From Candidatus Latescibacterota bacterium (GTDB taxonomy: Bacteria; Latescibacterota; UBA2968; GCA-2709665): a DNA stretch of 64,000 nucleotides. This document shows positions 1 through 8,817 of this stretch, piece after piece (position 1 is the first letter of the stretch; each line of letters starts with the position of its first letter). The position numbers and the translations under genes were made by a program. Below the pieces are notes generated by a model. It saw nothing but the letters and a program-made list of their open reading frames with translations, was not told the origin of the DNA and made no database searches. The stretch is from positions 1,440,001 to 1,504,000 of the forward strand of contig OZ242180.1 in NCBI GenBank assembly GCA_965205485.1, written 5' to 3'.

Positions 1-551
1 GCGACGTCGCCGGCAAAAAGACGCCTGACACCGCCGCGGTCATTCACGATCCATAGACCGCGGTCGACGCCGGCCAATTCACTCCCGCGATACCCGACAA
101 TCGCTAACGACCGTCCACCGGGAGAGGTCGCGAAGTCGAGGGGCTGCAGGTCTCCGGGCAGCGGCCACGGCTCCTCTCCGGCGCCGTCCAGGCTCAACCG
201 CCAGATTCGGCTGCGAGTAATCGGCAGTGTGCGGCCGCCGTAAAAGTACGACCCCCACGCTTCCCGTCGCAGGCTTCGCTCCAGGTAGATCAGTTCGTCC
301 CCGCCAGGCGCAAATTGAAGGGTTCCGGGTTCGCCGGGAAAGGCTCTCAGCATTCTGGAGCCATCGTCTCTCGAGGAGACGAGCCATATCTCGGACAGCG
401 ATACCGCCCCTTCGCCACGTCTGACGACATAGGCCAGATGCCCGCCATCCGTCGAGCTCACGGCAGGTATATCTTCCCCCGAGGTCTCGACAATGCCAGG
501 CAGCGTCAAAATACCCAACGCGCTTATGAGCAGGTTCTTCGTCCATTGCAT
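1..551 (-). CDS. 5' part of another long-class array paralog (signal peptide + beta-propeller-like N-terminus); runs off the window edge
   Basis: Not in the ORF track. Manual translation from ATG 551 (RBS GGAGG) gives MQWTKNLLISALGILTLPG...SLSEIWLVSS...FPGEPGTLQFAPGGDELIYLERSLRREAWGSYFYGGRTLPI...IWRLSLDG...WPLP, open to position 1. It is collinear with the N-termini of 25057-28845 and 33903-36383. The GWxTD domain itself would lie outside the window. Confidence 0.85.
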   Translation of the reverse strand, partial: MQWTKNLLISALGILTLPGIVETSGEDIPAVSSTDGGHLAYVVRRGEGAVSLSEIWLVSSRDDGSRMLRAFPGEPGTLQFAPGGDELIYLERSLRREAWGSYFYGGRTLPITRSRIWRLSLDGAGEEPWPLPGDLQPLDFATSPGGRSLAIVGYRGSELAGVDRGLWIVNDRGGVRRLFAGDV

Positions 552-583
552 CACAACACCTCCGGAGTCGTTTTCGACTCGAA

Positions 584-1030
584 TCACGAAGGAACGCTCG
601 GGTCGGACATCCGCTCCCGCACCATTTCATGCCCTTCGAACAAGTCCCGCGCCACTGCCCCCTGCGCCTGGCGCGGCGGTTCGGCCCCCAGGATCCGGCA
701 GAATGTCGGCACGACGTCGGCGGCGTGGATATACCCCAGCCTGTCCACCGGCCGCTCGTATCCGCGCTTCACCCCCGGTCCTGCCATCAACCACGAACCG
801 AAGCTGGACGAGACCTCGCTCTGGGTCGGTAGAAAACCCCCGTGGTGCGCCCCCGTCGAGAGTGTGGCCCAGTTGGTCGGGGTCCACACCGGGAACGAGG
901 GAAGCGTCTGGTTGACGGCGCCCTCGCGCAGCATGCGCTCGAAGTGGGGCAGCGCGCCTTCCGCGGCGAAACGCTTCATCATCGTGACGATAAAGCCGTC
1001 CATGCCAAAGGCGTAGATTTTCTGCTCCAC
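584..1030 (-). pseudogene. Internally deleted alkaline phosphatase / nucleotide pyrophosphatase-phosphodiesterase family gene
   Basis: The N-terminal motifs (FGMDG, LPHFERMLREG, TPTNWATLSTGAH) are fused directly to C-terminal motifs (HGG...GPGVKRG...DVVPT). The product is ~148 aa, far shorter than typical family members. GTG start at 1030 after GAGGAG. Confidence 0.7.
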
Positions 1031-1174
1031 GTCTCCTCGTCCGGCAAAGGGTTTCGGTTGGTCAGGTGTTTGCGGGTATTCCCCCACATACAGAAACCGG
1101 GTCAGGCCCATCTCTCGCTGCGGGATTTTACGTCTGTTGTCGGGCAACCGGGATCAGGATGGGGTGGGGGGATT

Positions 1175-4100
1175 CTACTGGGCGAGAATGAAACTGGCCT
1201 GCTTCTGGGCCATATCACCGCTATTTATATCGATGACGGTCACGTTCAGGAAGTACTTGCCTGCGGGGCGGTTTTCCAGCTCGAGTTCCACGTATTCGAC
1301 TTCCATGTTATCCTCGCCCACCATCTCGTACGTCACTTCCAGCTCTTCACGTTTGCCCTTCTTCCACCTGATGAGGCTGGTGATGATGCCCAGGGGGCTG
1401 AAGCCGCCCTTCTTCGTGACGGTGTAGGATACCTGGTAGTTCGTCTGCCCGAACTCGTCCTTCGTCAGGTTATAGATTTCGTAGTACACGAATACATTCT
1501 GGCCCACCCGGTAGGTCCGCGTGGGCATGGGAATGACCCACAGCGTGCCTTTGTTGAATTTATCCTCGTCCTTGCGGTTGGATATCCGCCAGGCCAGTTC
1601 CAGGTCGCTCACCTGGAGGCTGTGCCGTTCATAGGACTCAATTTCAATGTCCTGACGATACCGCCCGTGCTGAACGGACAGGTTATCCTTTATCTTCACT
1701 TCCATCCTGTAACGCCCGGGGGGCACGTCCATACGCGCGAGGTCCGGCACGAACGCGCTCCGCTCCGCGGTCACGTCCCCCTTGGCCGCGAATTGTACCT
1801 TGTCCTCGCTCCGGTAGACCGCTCCGGTTGCCGGATTCCGCAGCGCCACGGTCCGGTCGACCATAATTTCCGTCCGGTCGTCGTCGACCATATAGTGCCC
1901 CTGGTGCCGCGGTATCCCCACGTAGACTTCCAGCGCCGTCCGGAAATCCCTTTCACTCCTGAAGTCAGCCGAGTTGAAATAGAATTCCATCGGCAGCGTG
2001 TTTTTCGGCCTCACGAAGTAGTTCGGCTGCGCCGCGGCGGCCATGAGGTAGATATTGCGGGGGCTGTAGCGGGTCAACATGGCCAGCCGGCGGGCGGGAA
2101 TCCCGGCATCCAGCGGTTCAGGCGCATAGTTGTAGTTTCCGTTGCTGAACTCGTCGGTAAAGGTAATCTCGATGCCGCTGCCCACATCGACGTACGTCCA
2201 CGTTTCCCAAGGGACCATCGAGCCGTCGTAAGTCGCCGTGACCGGTCTGTAGGACCCTCCGCGACCCCTGCCGCGCAGGCTGCGCACGGGGTAGACCGGA
2301 CCGACGAATGTTGAGCTGGCGCCGCGAAGGCCGATGCCTTGGCGCGGCGGGCGCGCAGCCCCGTAGAGCGTCCTGGAAAGACGTTCCTTGACCCGCTGGA
2401 CCGCCATGGATTGCTGGAAGTTCAACTCTTTGGAGGTGGAGCGGTGGTCGGGTTCGCCGAAACGGATGTAGACTTCGCCGCGCTGGTCCCAGGGCTGCCT
2501 GCCATCGGAGAAATTCTGCATGGCGAACGACACCCGCCGATAGTGCTCCAGGAGGCGCTCGTTGGCGGCCGTGGTCAGGTCAGGGTCCTGGTCCGCCCAG
2601 AACTTCCTCACAAAGTCCCACCGGTCTTCCAGCGGTGTCTTTTCGAAAGCCGCCAGCGTCTCCTTGGGCGCAACCAGCCGGATATCGTGGTAATGACCCT
2701 TCTCCGCAGCATCGGCTCCTTCGAGAAAGTCTCTGAAGAAGGCGGCGGCCCTGTCGTAGGCCCCAAGTTTCATGCAGGCCTGGGCGAGGATGGGCAGGAC
2801 CTGGTCGTCGTCGGGATTCTGTATGGCATAATCCTCCAGGACTTCCAGGATGCGGCCGTAGTCCTTCGTTCTCAGGTAGATCGATCCCAGCCGCTTCCGC
2901 CCTTCCGGGTCGCCGGGCCGCAGTCCCATATACTTCGCATAGTAGAGCGCGGCTTTCTCGTAGTCTTTCTCGAATTCCTCCACCCATTTCCCCATCAGCA
3001 GATAGGCGGGGGCGTAGCGGGGGTCAATCGCCAGTACTTTTTTGACTTCCCGCCGTACGTCGTGTTCGTCCAGTTTGTACCGGATATCGGCAATATTGAA
3101 CCTTGATTCCACGTGGTTCCGGTCGTACTGAAGGGCTTTCTGAAAATAGCGGATGGCGTCGTAATTCCCCCTGGGCCACTTGCGGAAGGTGAGACCCAGG
3201 CCGAAGTAGGCCTCGGCCAGCGTGTGGTCGCATTCGATCGCGCGTTCGAACGATTTGACGGCGCGCTCCAGCTTCTCCGCCTCCAGATAGGCGAACCCGA
3301 GCCTGCTGTGCCCGCGGGCGTAGTCCTGAGCCACGCCGGCCAGGATTTCAAGGGTGGAGATCGCCCGAAGCGGCTCAAGCGGGGTGAGTTCAGTGCCGAG
3401 GTTTAGGAGAGAATCAATCTGCGCCTTGCCCACGCGCCGGTCGCCGGTGCGATATCCCGCGCTGCCGCGGACGGCTTCAACCAGGTAACCCTCGTGGAAG
3501 AAGCTGGTGACAACGGCTTCGCCGTCCTCCGCTTCAGGGCGGTATCCGTGCGTGTAGCTGTACTGGCGGTCTTTTTCACGGTCCATCGCTGAGCGGAACA
3601 GCTTTTCTACGACGATGGAGTCGGCGGGGGTAAGCGTATGGGTTTCAATCCAGTTCCTGAGTGTGGCCAGGTCGGCCGGACGCTGGTTTTCGTGTGCTTG
3701 TTCATAAGCATGCAGCGCGTCACCGATTACAGTCAGGTGGTCACGGCAGACCCAGCGGGCGCCGGGCGTCGCATCGGCTTGCCCGGCCGTTGCGGCCAGC
3801 GCCCCCGCGTAGGACAGGACCGGCTCTTCGTAGAGCCCGTACTTTTTAAATCTGAGAGGCAGGGCCGCCCATGTACGGGAGGCTTTCCGGTAACGCTTCA
3901 CCGCCGATCGGAATTCCCAGCGGTGCACGGTGGTGTAGGCCAGGGCCGAGGCATTGAATGCCGTCGCAACGCCCCACAGCACGGCCTTTGCAGCAGGGGT
4001 CGGGCGCGGCGGGTTTCCGGCCACGACGACCGGCGACGTTACCGGTTCCGCCCCGAAGTCTGTTTTCGAACGCGCGATCGATCCGTCCAGGACAGAAATC

Positions 4101-4480
4101 TCCCAGACACCGGGTTCGACCAGCGGCAAGGACCTGTTCGGGAGCATGGTAAGCGTATGCAGGGGGACCTTTAAGGCAGTCTCCTGAAAGCGAAGACGTT
4201 CCCCGTGCGCAACCCAATCCAGTCGCCCCGGCGGGCCGGGGAAGGTGCCGAGGTGGCGAGGCTGGCTTCCACGGGTTTCGACCCATATTTCGGTAATGGC
4301 TGAGGAACCGGTCTCCAGCCCGATCGCCCAGGCGGTCTGCCCGCCACTGGAGGCCGATATCGTGGTCTGACGAACTTGCGCATCGAGGTTCTCAAGAGGG
4401 AAAGACGCCGTGATGATCACGACCGCGAACAGAGCCAATCGCCACGGTTTCATACGCGTGGATTCAATAACTGGTGCCAT
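1175..4480 (-). CDS. Exported TPR + GWxTD-type domain protein, long class A1
   Basis: Signal peptide, TPRs, NERLLEHYRRV..F..PWDQRGEVYIRFGEPD, WETW and C-terminal beta-rich domains (VFVYYEIYNL). Likely start is ATG 4480 (RBS GAGGT); the ORF track starts at 4522. Confidence 0.85.
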   Translation of the reverse strand: MAPVIESTRMKPWRLALFAVVIITASFPLENLDAQVRQTTISASSGGQTAWAIGLETGSSAITEIWVETRGSQPRHLGTFPGPPGRLDWVAHGERLRFQETALKVPLHTLTMLPNRSLPLVEPGVWEISVLDGSIARSKTDFGAEPVTSPVVVAGNPPRPTPAAKAVLWGVATAFNASALAYTTVHRWEFRSAVKRYRKASRTWAALPLRFKKYGLYEEPVLSYAGALAATAGQADATPGARWVCRDHLTVIGDALHAYEQAHENQRPADLATLRNWIETHTLTPADSIVVEKLFRSAMDREKDRQYSYTHGYRPEAEDGEAVVTSFFHEGYLVEAVRGSAGYRTGDRRVGKAQIDSLLNLGTELTPLEPLRAISTLEILAGVAQDYARGHSRLGFAYLEAEKLERAVKSFERAIECDHTLAEAYFGLGLTFRKWPRGNYDAIRYFQKALQYDRNHVESRFNIADIRYKLDEHDVRREVKKVLAIDPRYAPAYLLMGKWVEEFEKDYEKAALYYAKYMGLRPGDPEGRKRLGSIYLRTKDYGRILEVLEDYAIQNPDDDQVLPILAQACMKLGAYDRAAAFFRDFLEGADAAEKGHYHDIRLVAPKETLAAFEKTPLEDRWDFVRKFWADQDPDLTTAANERLLEHYRRVSFAMQNFSDGRQPWDQRGEVYIRFGEPDHRSTSKELNFQQSMAVQRVKERLSRTLYGAARPPRQGIGLRGASSTFVGPVYPVRSLRGRGRGGSYRPVTATYDGSMVPWETWTYVDVGSGIEITFTDEFSNGNYNYAPEPLDAGIPARRLAMLTRYSPRNIYLMAAAAQPNYFVRPKNTLPMEFYFNSADFRSERDFRTALEVYVGIPRHQGHYMVDDDRTEIMVDRTVALRNPATGAVYRSEDKVQFAAKGDVTAERSAFVPDLARMDVPPGRYRMEVKIKDNLSVQHGRYRQDIEIESYERHSLQVSDLELAWRISNRKDEDKFNKGTLWVIPMPTRTYRVGQNVFVYYEIYNLTKDEFGQTNYQVSYTVTKKGGFSPLGIITSLIRWKKGKREELEVTYEMVGEDNMEVEYVELELENRPAGKYFLNVTVIDINSGDMAQKQASFILAQ

Positions 4481-4657
4481 GATGTCAACCTCATCCGAAC
4501 CGGTAAGCCTCGTTCGATACACGACTCCTTCTCCAACGTACCCTGTTCCGATCCAGCATGTTATGCGATTTCAACCGGCAGTGCAAGCTTTTTGCGTACG
4601 AACTGACGTGTTAAAACCATCGTCACAGACGGTCGGCGACGGTTCAGGACAGCGAGC

Positions 4658-4712
4658 ATCACTCCCTCCTTGAGTGGGAGTCGGCAAGCCCGAAGGCGTG
4701 CCGGTGGGCGAG
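4658..4712. repeat. REP-like element, CTCCCCCCTTGAGGGGGAGTCG family (short copy)
   Basis: ATCACTCCCTCCTTGAGTGGGAGTCG hairpin, matching the copies at 8534, 14543 and 49152 (reverse). Confidence 0.65.
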
Positions 4713-4790
4713 AATCACGCGTTCCTATGATCGCCACACCCTGGAAAGCGCCCAGGCTTGTGGTGATATGCAAACCGCAGAGCATTTGAG

Positions 4791-4816
4791 GGTGGAGCGG
4801 ACATTCCTGTCTGCTC
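4791..4816. repeat. REP-like GACATTCCTGTC palindrome
   Basis: GGTGGAGCGGACATTCCTGTCTGCTC; a similar copy lies at ~32555-32582. Confidence 0.5.
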
Positions 4817-4915
4817 ACGTACGAAAAATCGAGATCGCAAATGAGACAGCAGCGAACGCCCATCCGCCTGACCGTGAAGAAAAACGCCTGAGAAGTCTGG
4901 TATTACGACGGCGAG

Positions 4916-6007
4916 CTACGGGGTATAGATGATAACTTCAGCCGTCGAAACCAGATCCTTCAGCCCGCCGGAAAACATAATTCTGCCGTCTTTAAGTGGC
5001 GTAATGGCATATGCAAGTCGATTCTGGCCGATGCTGTGTCCCGTACGGATGGCAGCGCCTGAGGCGGGATCGTAAATCGCCACTTCACCGCCGGACAGCA
5101 GAAACACCTTTCCGCTCGGCAAAAGGAACGCGGACTCGATGGATGGCAGTCCGGTATCACCCGCCTGCGCGAACAGGCCTGTTGCGGGATTGAAGATTTC
5201 GGCCGTCGTTACTTGCTGCACGTTGTCCGTTTCGATTGTGCCCCTGCGCCCGCCGACGATCAACACCCTGCCGCCCTGAAGAAGCAATGCCTCGTGTCCC
5301 CATCGGTCATCGTTCAATATGCCAACTTCTGCAAAGGAATGGGTTGTGGGATCGTAAATCTCGGATCTCTCGACCATGCCGGCCGCATTCATCCCGCCGG
5401 CGATGAGAACGCGGCCGTCCTGCAGAAGGGTGGCTGAATGGTTCGTTCTGGGGGCGATCATCCTGTCAGATGAAGTGAACTCCCAGGTATTCTGATCGAG
5501 AATGCCCGCGTTGCCCCCTTCATCGGTCACGAAAATGTCTCCCGTCGAAAGAATCGTCGTCGCGACACTTCGTCCGAATTCGGCCGCGTCCGCAAGGATT
5601 GCGAATTTTCCGGTCTGCGGGTCGTAGATGTCCGGGGGATGGAGATCGTTACCTTTGATGATGACACGACCATCCCGCAAAGGGATTGCCCTGTGCTGTG
5701 AGCGTGCCTGCGACATGTCGCCCGTTGCCGACGAGGTCCCCTTTGTCGGATCGAACAACTCCGCCGTAGCGTGCCTTAACTCAGGGGACGAATGACCCGG
5801 CCGGTCCGTCTCATATCCGCCCGTGATCAGGACACGACCGTCTTTCAGCAAAGTCGCCGTATGGAAAAACCGCGTCGCCGTCATCGTCCCGACGACCTTG
5901 AACACCTCAGACTCGCCGGATGGATCCGGAGACGTGGGCGAATCCGATCCACATGCCGGGAGACTTAAGAAGAACGCCAACGCAAGCGGATATCCTGTAG
6001 ACATCAT
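4916..6007 (-). CDS. Kelch/galactose-oxidase-type beta-propeller lipoprotein
   Basis: Lipobox LPAC; repeats of R..H.ATLL.DGRVLI.GG...AE.YDP. Confidence 0.9.
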   Translation of the reverse strand: MMSTGYPLALAFFLSLPACGSDSPTSPDPSGESEVFKVVGTMTATRFFHTATLLKDGRVLITGGYETDRPGHSSPELRHATAELFDPTKGTSSATGDMSQARSQHRAIPLRDGRVIIKGNDLHPPDIYDPQTGKFAILADAAEFGRSVATTILSTGDIFVTDEGGNAGILDQNTWEFTSSDRMIAPRTNHSATLLQDGRVLIAGGMNAAGMVERSEIYDPTTHSFAEVGILNDDRWGHEALLLQGGRVLIVGGRRGTIETDNVQQVTTAEIFNPATGLFAQAGDTGLPSIESAFLLPSGKVFLLSGGEVAIYDPASGAAIRTGHSIGQNRLAYAITPLKDGRIMFSGGLKDLVSTAEVIIYTP

Positions 6008-6017
6008 ATGCCCTTTT

Positions 6018-8453
6018 TCACTCGATCACACGAAACAACGCGTCGCGTGAAACCACCTCATCGTTATGAAAGTCTTTGACCGTCACCGACAATCTGTGCA
6101 CACCGGCAGGCACGTGTGTCAGGTCGATCTGCAGATAGGTAAAGTCATCCTCGCGATCTCCCTCGTAACGCGCCGTGATCGTCGTCTCCACTCCCTCCTT
6201 GCTTCTGCCCATCTTCTTGATCCGGCTGGCAAGTTCATCCTCATCCGGAAACACGAACCTCGCCCGGTACGTGACCTCATCCCTTTTCTGCGCGTCGAAA
6301 TAGTCCGGTACCTCCACCGGCGTCGTGACGGGCAAATCCCCTTGAGGCTCATCTTCTTCGTCGACCGCTCGCTCCGCCCGGCGCACGCCCGTTTCCACTG
6401 TCCTGATATCACGCATGACCTCCAATCGCCTCCCGCCCTCGGGCAACCGCTGCGCCAGGAACAGGTAAGGATCGATCTTCTTCTGCTCCGGCCGCCCTAT
6501 CCGATATGCGATATGATACTCCGTGCGCCCGAATTCATCCCGATCCAGGTTATAAGCCTCCAGGTAGATGAATGCCGGTTCGGAACGATGGTATGTCCGC
6601 AGCGGATTCGCTACGATTGTGAGATCGCTCCTTCCTTCCGGAAACGGTGTTCGTGATTCGATCTGCGTGGCCAGCAACAGATCGCTCATTGACAGCGAAG
6701 CGTCCGCCGGTTCGAACTCGCGGCGCTGCCGGAAGGTCCCGATTGACCCCTTTTTCCGGTCCCGCACCTCGCCCACCAGATTGTATGCGCCGGGGGAAAG
6801 CCCGAACGCGATCTGAAATACCAGATGGCTCTTTCGCAAGCTGTCGGCGGCGGGATTTCCGCTTGGAGTTATCTCGGGCCACCGCAGTTTGAGATCCGAC
6901 CGCTTCCGATACACCTCGTCCCATTGCTCATTGAACAGAAAGACACCATTCTCCAGACCAATGCTCCTGTCCGAATCCGACACGTCCAGGTTGAAACTCG
7001 GCAGCGCATACGCCAGTTCCACGCGAAGGCTGTCCCCATCCCTGAAGCTCGCGGCCTGGTAGGGCACGCTGTACTTCCGCGGGCCATAGGGATCGACGTA
7101 ACGTGTCCGATCCGGTAAACGTGATGGAGAGAAGCCGTGGAAGCCATCGGATATCTGAAATTCGACCCGAAATCCCTCGTAGAACCACGTCTCTTTCTGC
7201 ATTTGCAGCCTCCAGCGTATCCTCCGTCCCGGCAGGTATCTGCCAAACGTGCTGGGCCTGTCTATTGCAATAACCGAACCTGTTTCCGGCCGCTGCATCC
7301 GCCGGTGGAGATATCTTCCCAGCTTGATATAGACTCTTCCCATATCCGTCCGCCAACCGGCAATGCCCTTCGAGGGCCGGCTGAACCGCAGATTCGCGTA
7401 TGCGACCCGGCCGTAATGCTCCATGCGCCGTTCATTGAAATCCGTCAGAAACAGGGGATCCTGCCGTCGCCAGAACCGGACCCGCTCGACGCTATCCACC
7501 CAGGGTTGAATCTCGTCCCGGCCTGCCTCGGTCCCGGCGGGTACGCCTTCGAACTTTGCGCGGCCATCATCCGGTACAATACTATCTACGGATTCCATCA
7601 TCGCGCGCTCATCAAGCGCCATTCTCGGCAGCGCCCGGGTATAGAACTCATGCGCCAGCGCTTCGTCGCCCAATCTCTGGTATCCAAGCCCGCAGAAGAG
7701 CAGCGCATCCTTGTCGGCAGGCACGCGCTCCAACAGCAGGTTTGCCACCTGGATCAGTTCTTCCGGCCGGTTTGTCTCCAGGCAGGCAAGCCCGAGCTGG
7801 AAATACGCATCCTTGTACATGGGGTCTGCTTCAATGCAGGTCTTCAGATACGTGACGGCTTCATCCAGTTCCTCAATGCCGAAATCTCTCCACGAATGTC
7901 TGGTGCGCGTATGTTCTCTCCGACTGAATCCGGATACCATATTCATCATGGACATATCGTAATTTTTCAGAAAGCTCTTGACGCCATGATGGCCGATCAT
8001 GTAGGCGGCCTTTGCGTTTTCAGGATCCAGCTTCAGAACATTTTTGTACTCGTCTACGGCATTGTGCCAGGATCCCTGCGTCCACAGGATATCCGCCTTT
8101 AGAATGCGGTAGGCGACATTGTCTCGATTCAGACGAATGGCTGTATTGACCGCCTTCATTGCGCTATAGCGATCCATCGGCGTGTCAAGCGACATATACA
8201 GCTTCGCGACTTCGTAATGGGCCGGCGCGAAGTCCGGGTCCGCGCTCGAGACTCGCTGGAAGGCTTTGATACTCCTTTCAACGGAAACACGACCGACCTG
8301 CTCCATCGCAGTCTCATAGAGCCTTTCGGCAAGCTCAGTATCCCCTGCGTCGATCGGCGCCACGAGACAGAATCCGAGACACAGAACGGCGCAGACCGAT
8401 GAAGTCAGGCACCTGCGGCGTCTGTGCAGTTCGCGAATCCTTGGGATTGGCAT
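6018..8453 (-). CDS. Exported TPR + GWxTD domain protein, short class B
   Basis: Signal peptide, TPRs, NERRMEHYGRVAYANLRF...GWRTDMGRVYIKLG, C-terminal beta domains. Confidence 0.9.
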   Translation of the reverse strand: MPIPRIRELHRRRRCLTSSVCAVLCLGFCLVAPIDAGDTELAERLYETAMEQVGRVSVERSIKAFQRVSSADPDFAPAHYEVAKLYMSLDTPMDRYSAMKAVNTAIRLNRDNVAYRILKADILWTQGSWHNAVDEYKNVLKLDPENAKAAYMIGHHGVKSFLKNYDMSMMNMVSGFSRREHTRTRHSWRDFGIEELDEAVTYLKTCIEADPMYKDAYFQLGLACLETNRPEELIQVANLLLERVPADKDALLFCGLGYQRLGDEALAHEFYTRALPRMALDERAMMESVDSIVPDDGRAKFEGVPAGTEAGRDEIQPWVDSVERVRFWRRQDPLFLTDFNERRMEHYGRVAYANLRFSRPSKGIAGWRTDMGRVYIKLGRYLHRRMQRPETGSVIAIDRPSTFGRYLPGRRIRWRLQMQKETWFYEGFRVEFQISDGFHGFSPSRLPDRTRYVDPYGPRKYSVPYQAASFRDGDSLRVELAYALPSFNLDVSDSDRSIGLENGVFLFNEQWDEVYRKRSDLKLRWPEITPSGNPAADSLRKSHLVFQIAFGLSPGAYNLVGEVRDRKKGSIGTFRQRREFEPADASLSMSDLLLATQIESRTPFPEGRSDLTIVANPLRTYHRSEPAFIYLEAYNLDRDEFGRTEYHIAYRIGRPEQKKIDPYLFLAQRLPEGGRRLEVMRDIRTVETGVRRAERAVDEEDEPQGDLPVTTPVEVPDYFDAQKRDEVTYRARFVFPDEDELASRIKKMGRSKEGVETTITARYEGDREDDFTYLQIDLTHVPAGVHRLSVTVKDFHNDEVVSRDALFRVIE

Positions 8454-8533
8454 TGTAAGAACCCTGGCTCGGCCTTGTGATGTTCAGCCGAATCCTAATA
8501 GGTGGCAGCGAACGCGCGCCCGTTTGATGGACC

Positions 8534-8718
8534 AATCACTCCCCCCTTGAGGCGGAGTCGCAGAAGCCGAGCCGAGCCGGTCCGCTGAGCCTTTGCCCTG
8601 AGCCTGCCTGCAATGAGCTCGGTCCCTGAGCCGTTGTCCTGAGCCTGCCGAAGGGTTGTCGAAGGGTGTCGAAATGTCGAAGGGTCGAAGGGCCGGCGAC
8701 GGCTGATGCGGTGGGGGA
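8534..8718. repeat. Composite REP-like element with nested CTGAGC..GTCGAAGG units
   Basis: CCCCCCTTGAGGCGGAGTCG...GGCTGATGCGGTGGGG shell; the core holds five TGAGC half-sites followed by five CGAA half-sites. Confidence 0.8.
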
Positions 8719-8817
8719 TTACAGCGCCTTACCGCATCCACAGGCCGCACCGTCTATCTGCTACCTCTCGCCAACTGAAACATCATCCTATCCGCTGAAA
8801 TTTACGGGCAATAATAT

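Noticed and set aside
79..630. 183-aa minus-strand ORF from the track
   Set aside because: Wrong frame; the overlapping frame from ATG 551 is the family paralog.
8534..8718. CRISPR array
   Set aside because: No constant-length repeats with unique spacers, and no cas genes.
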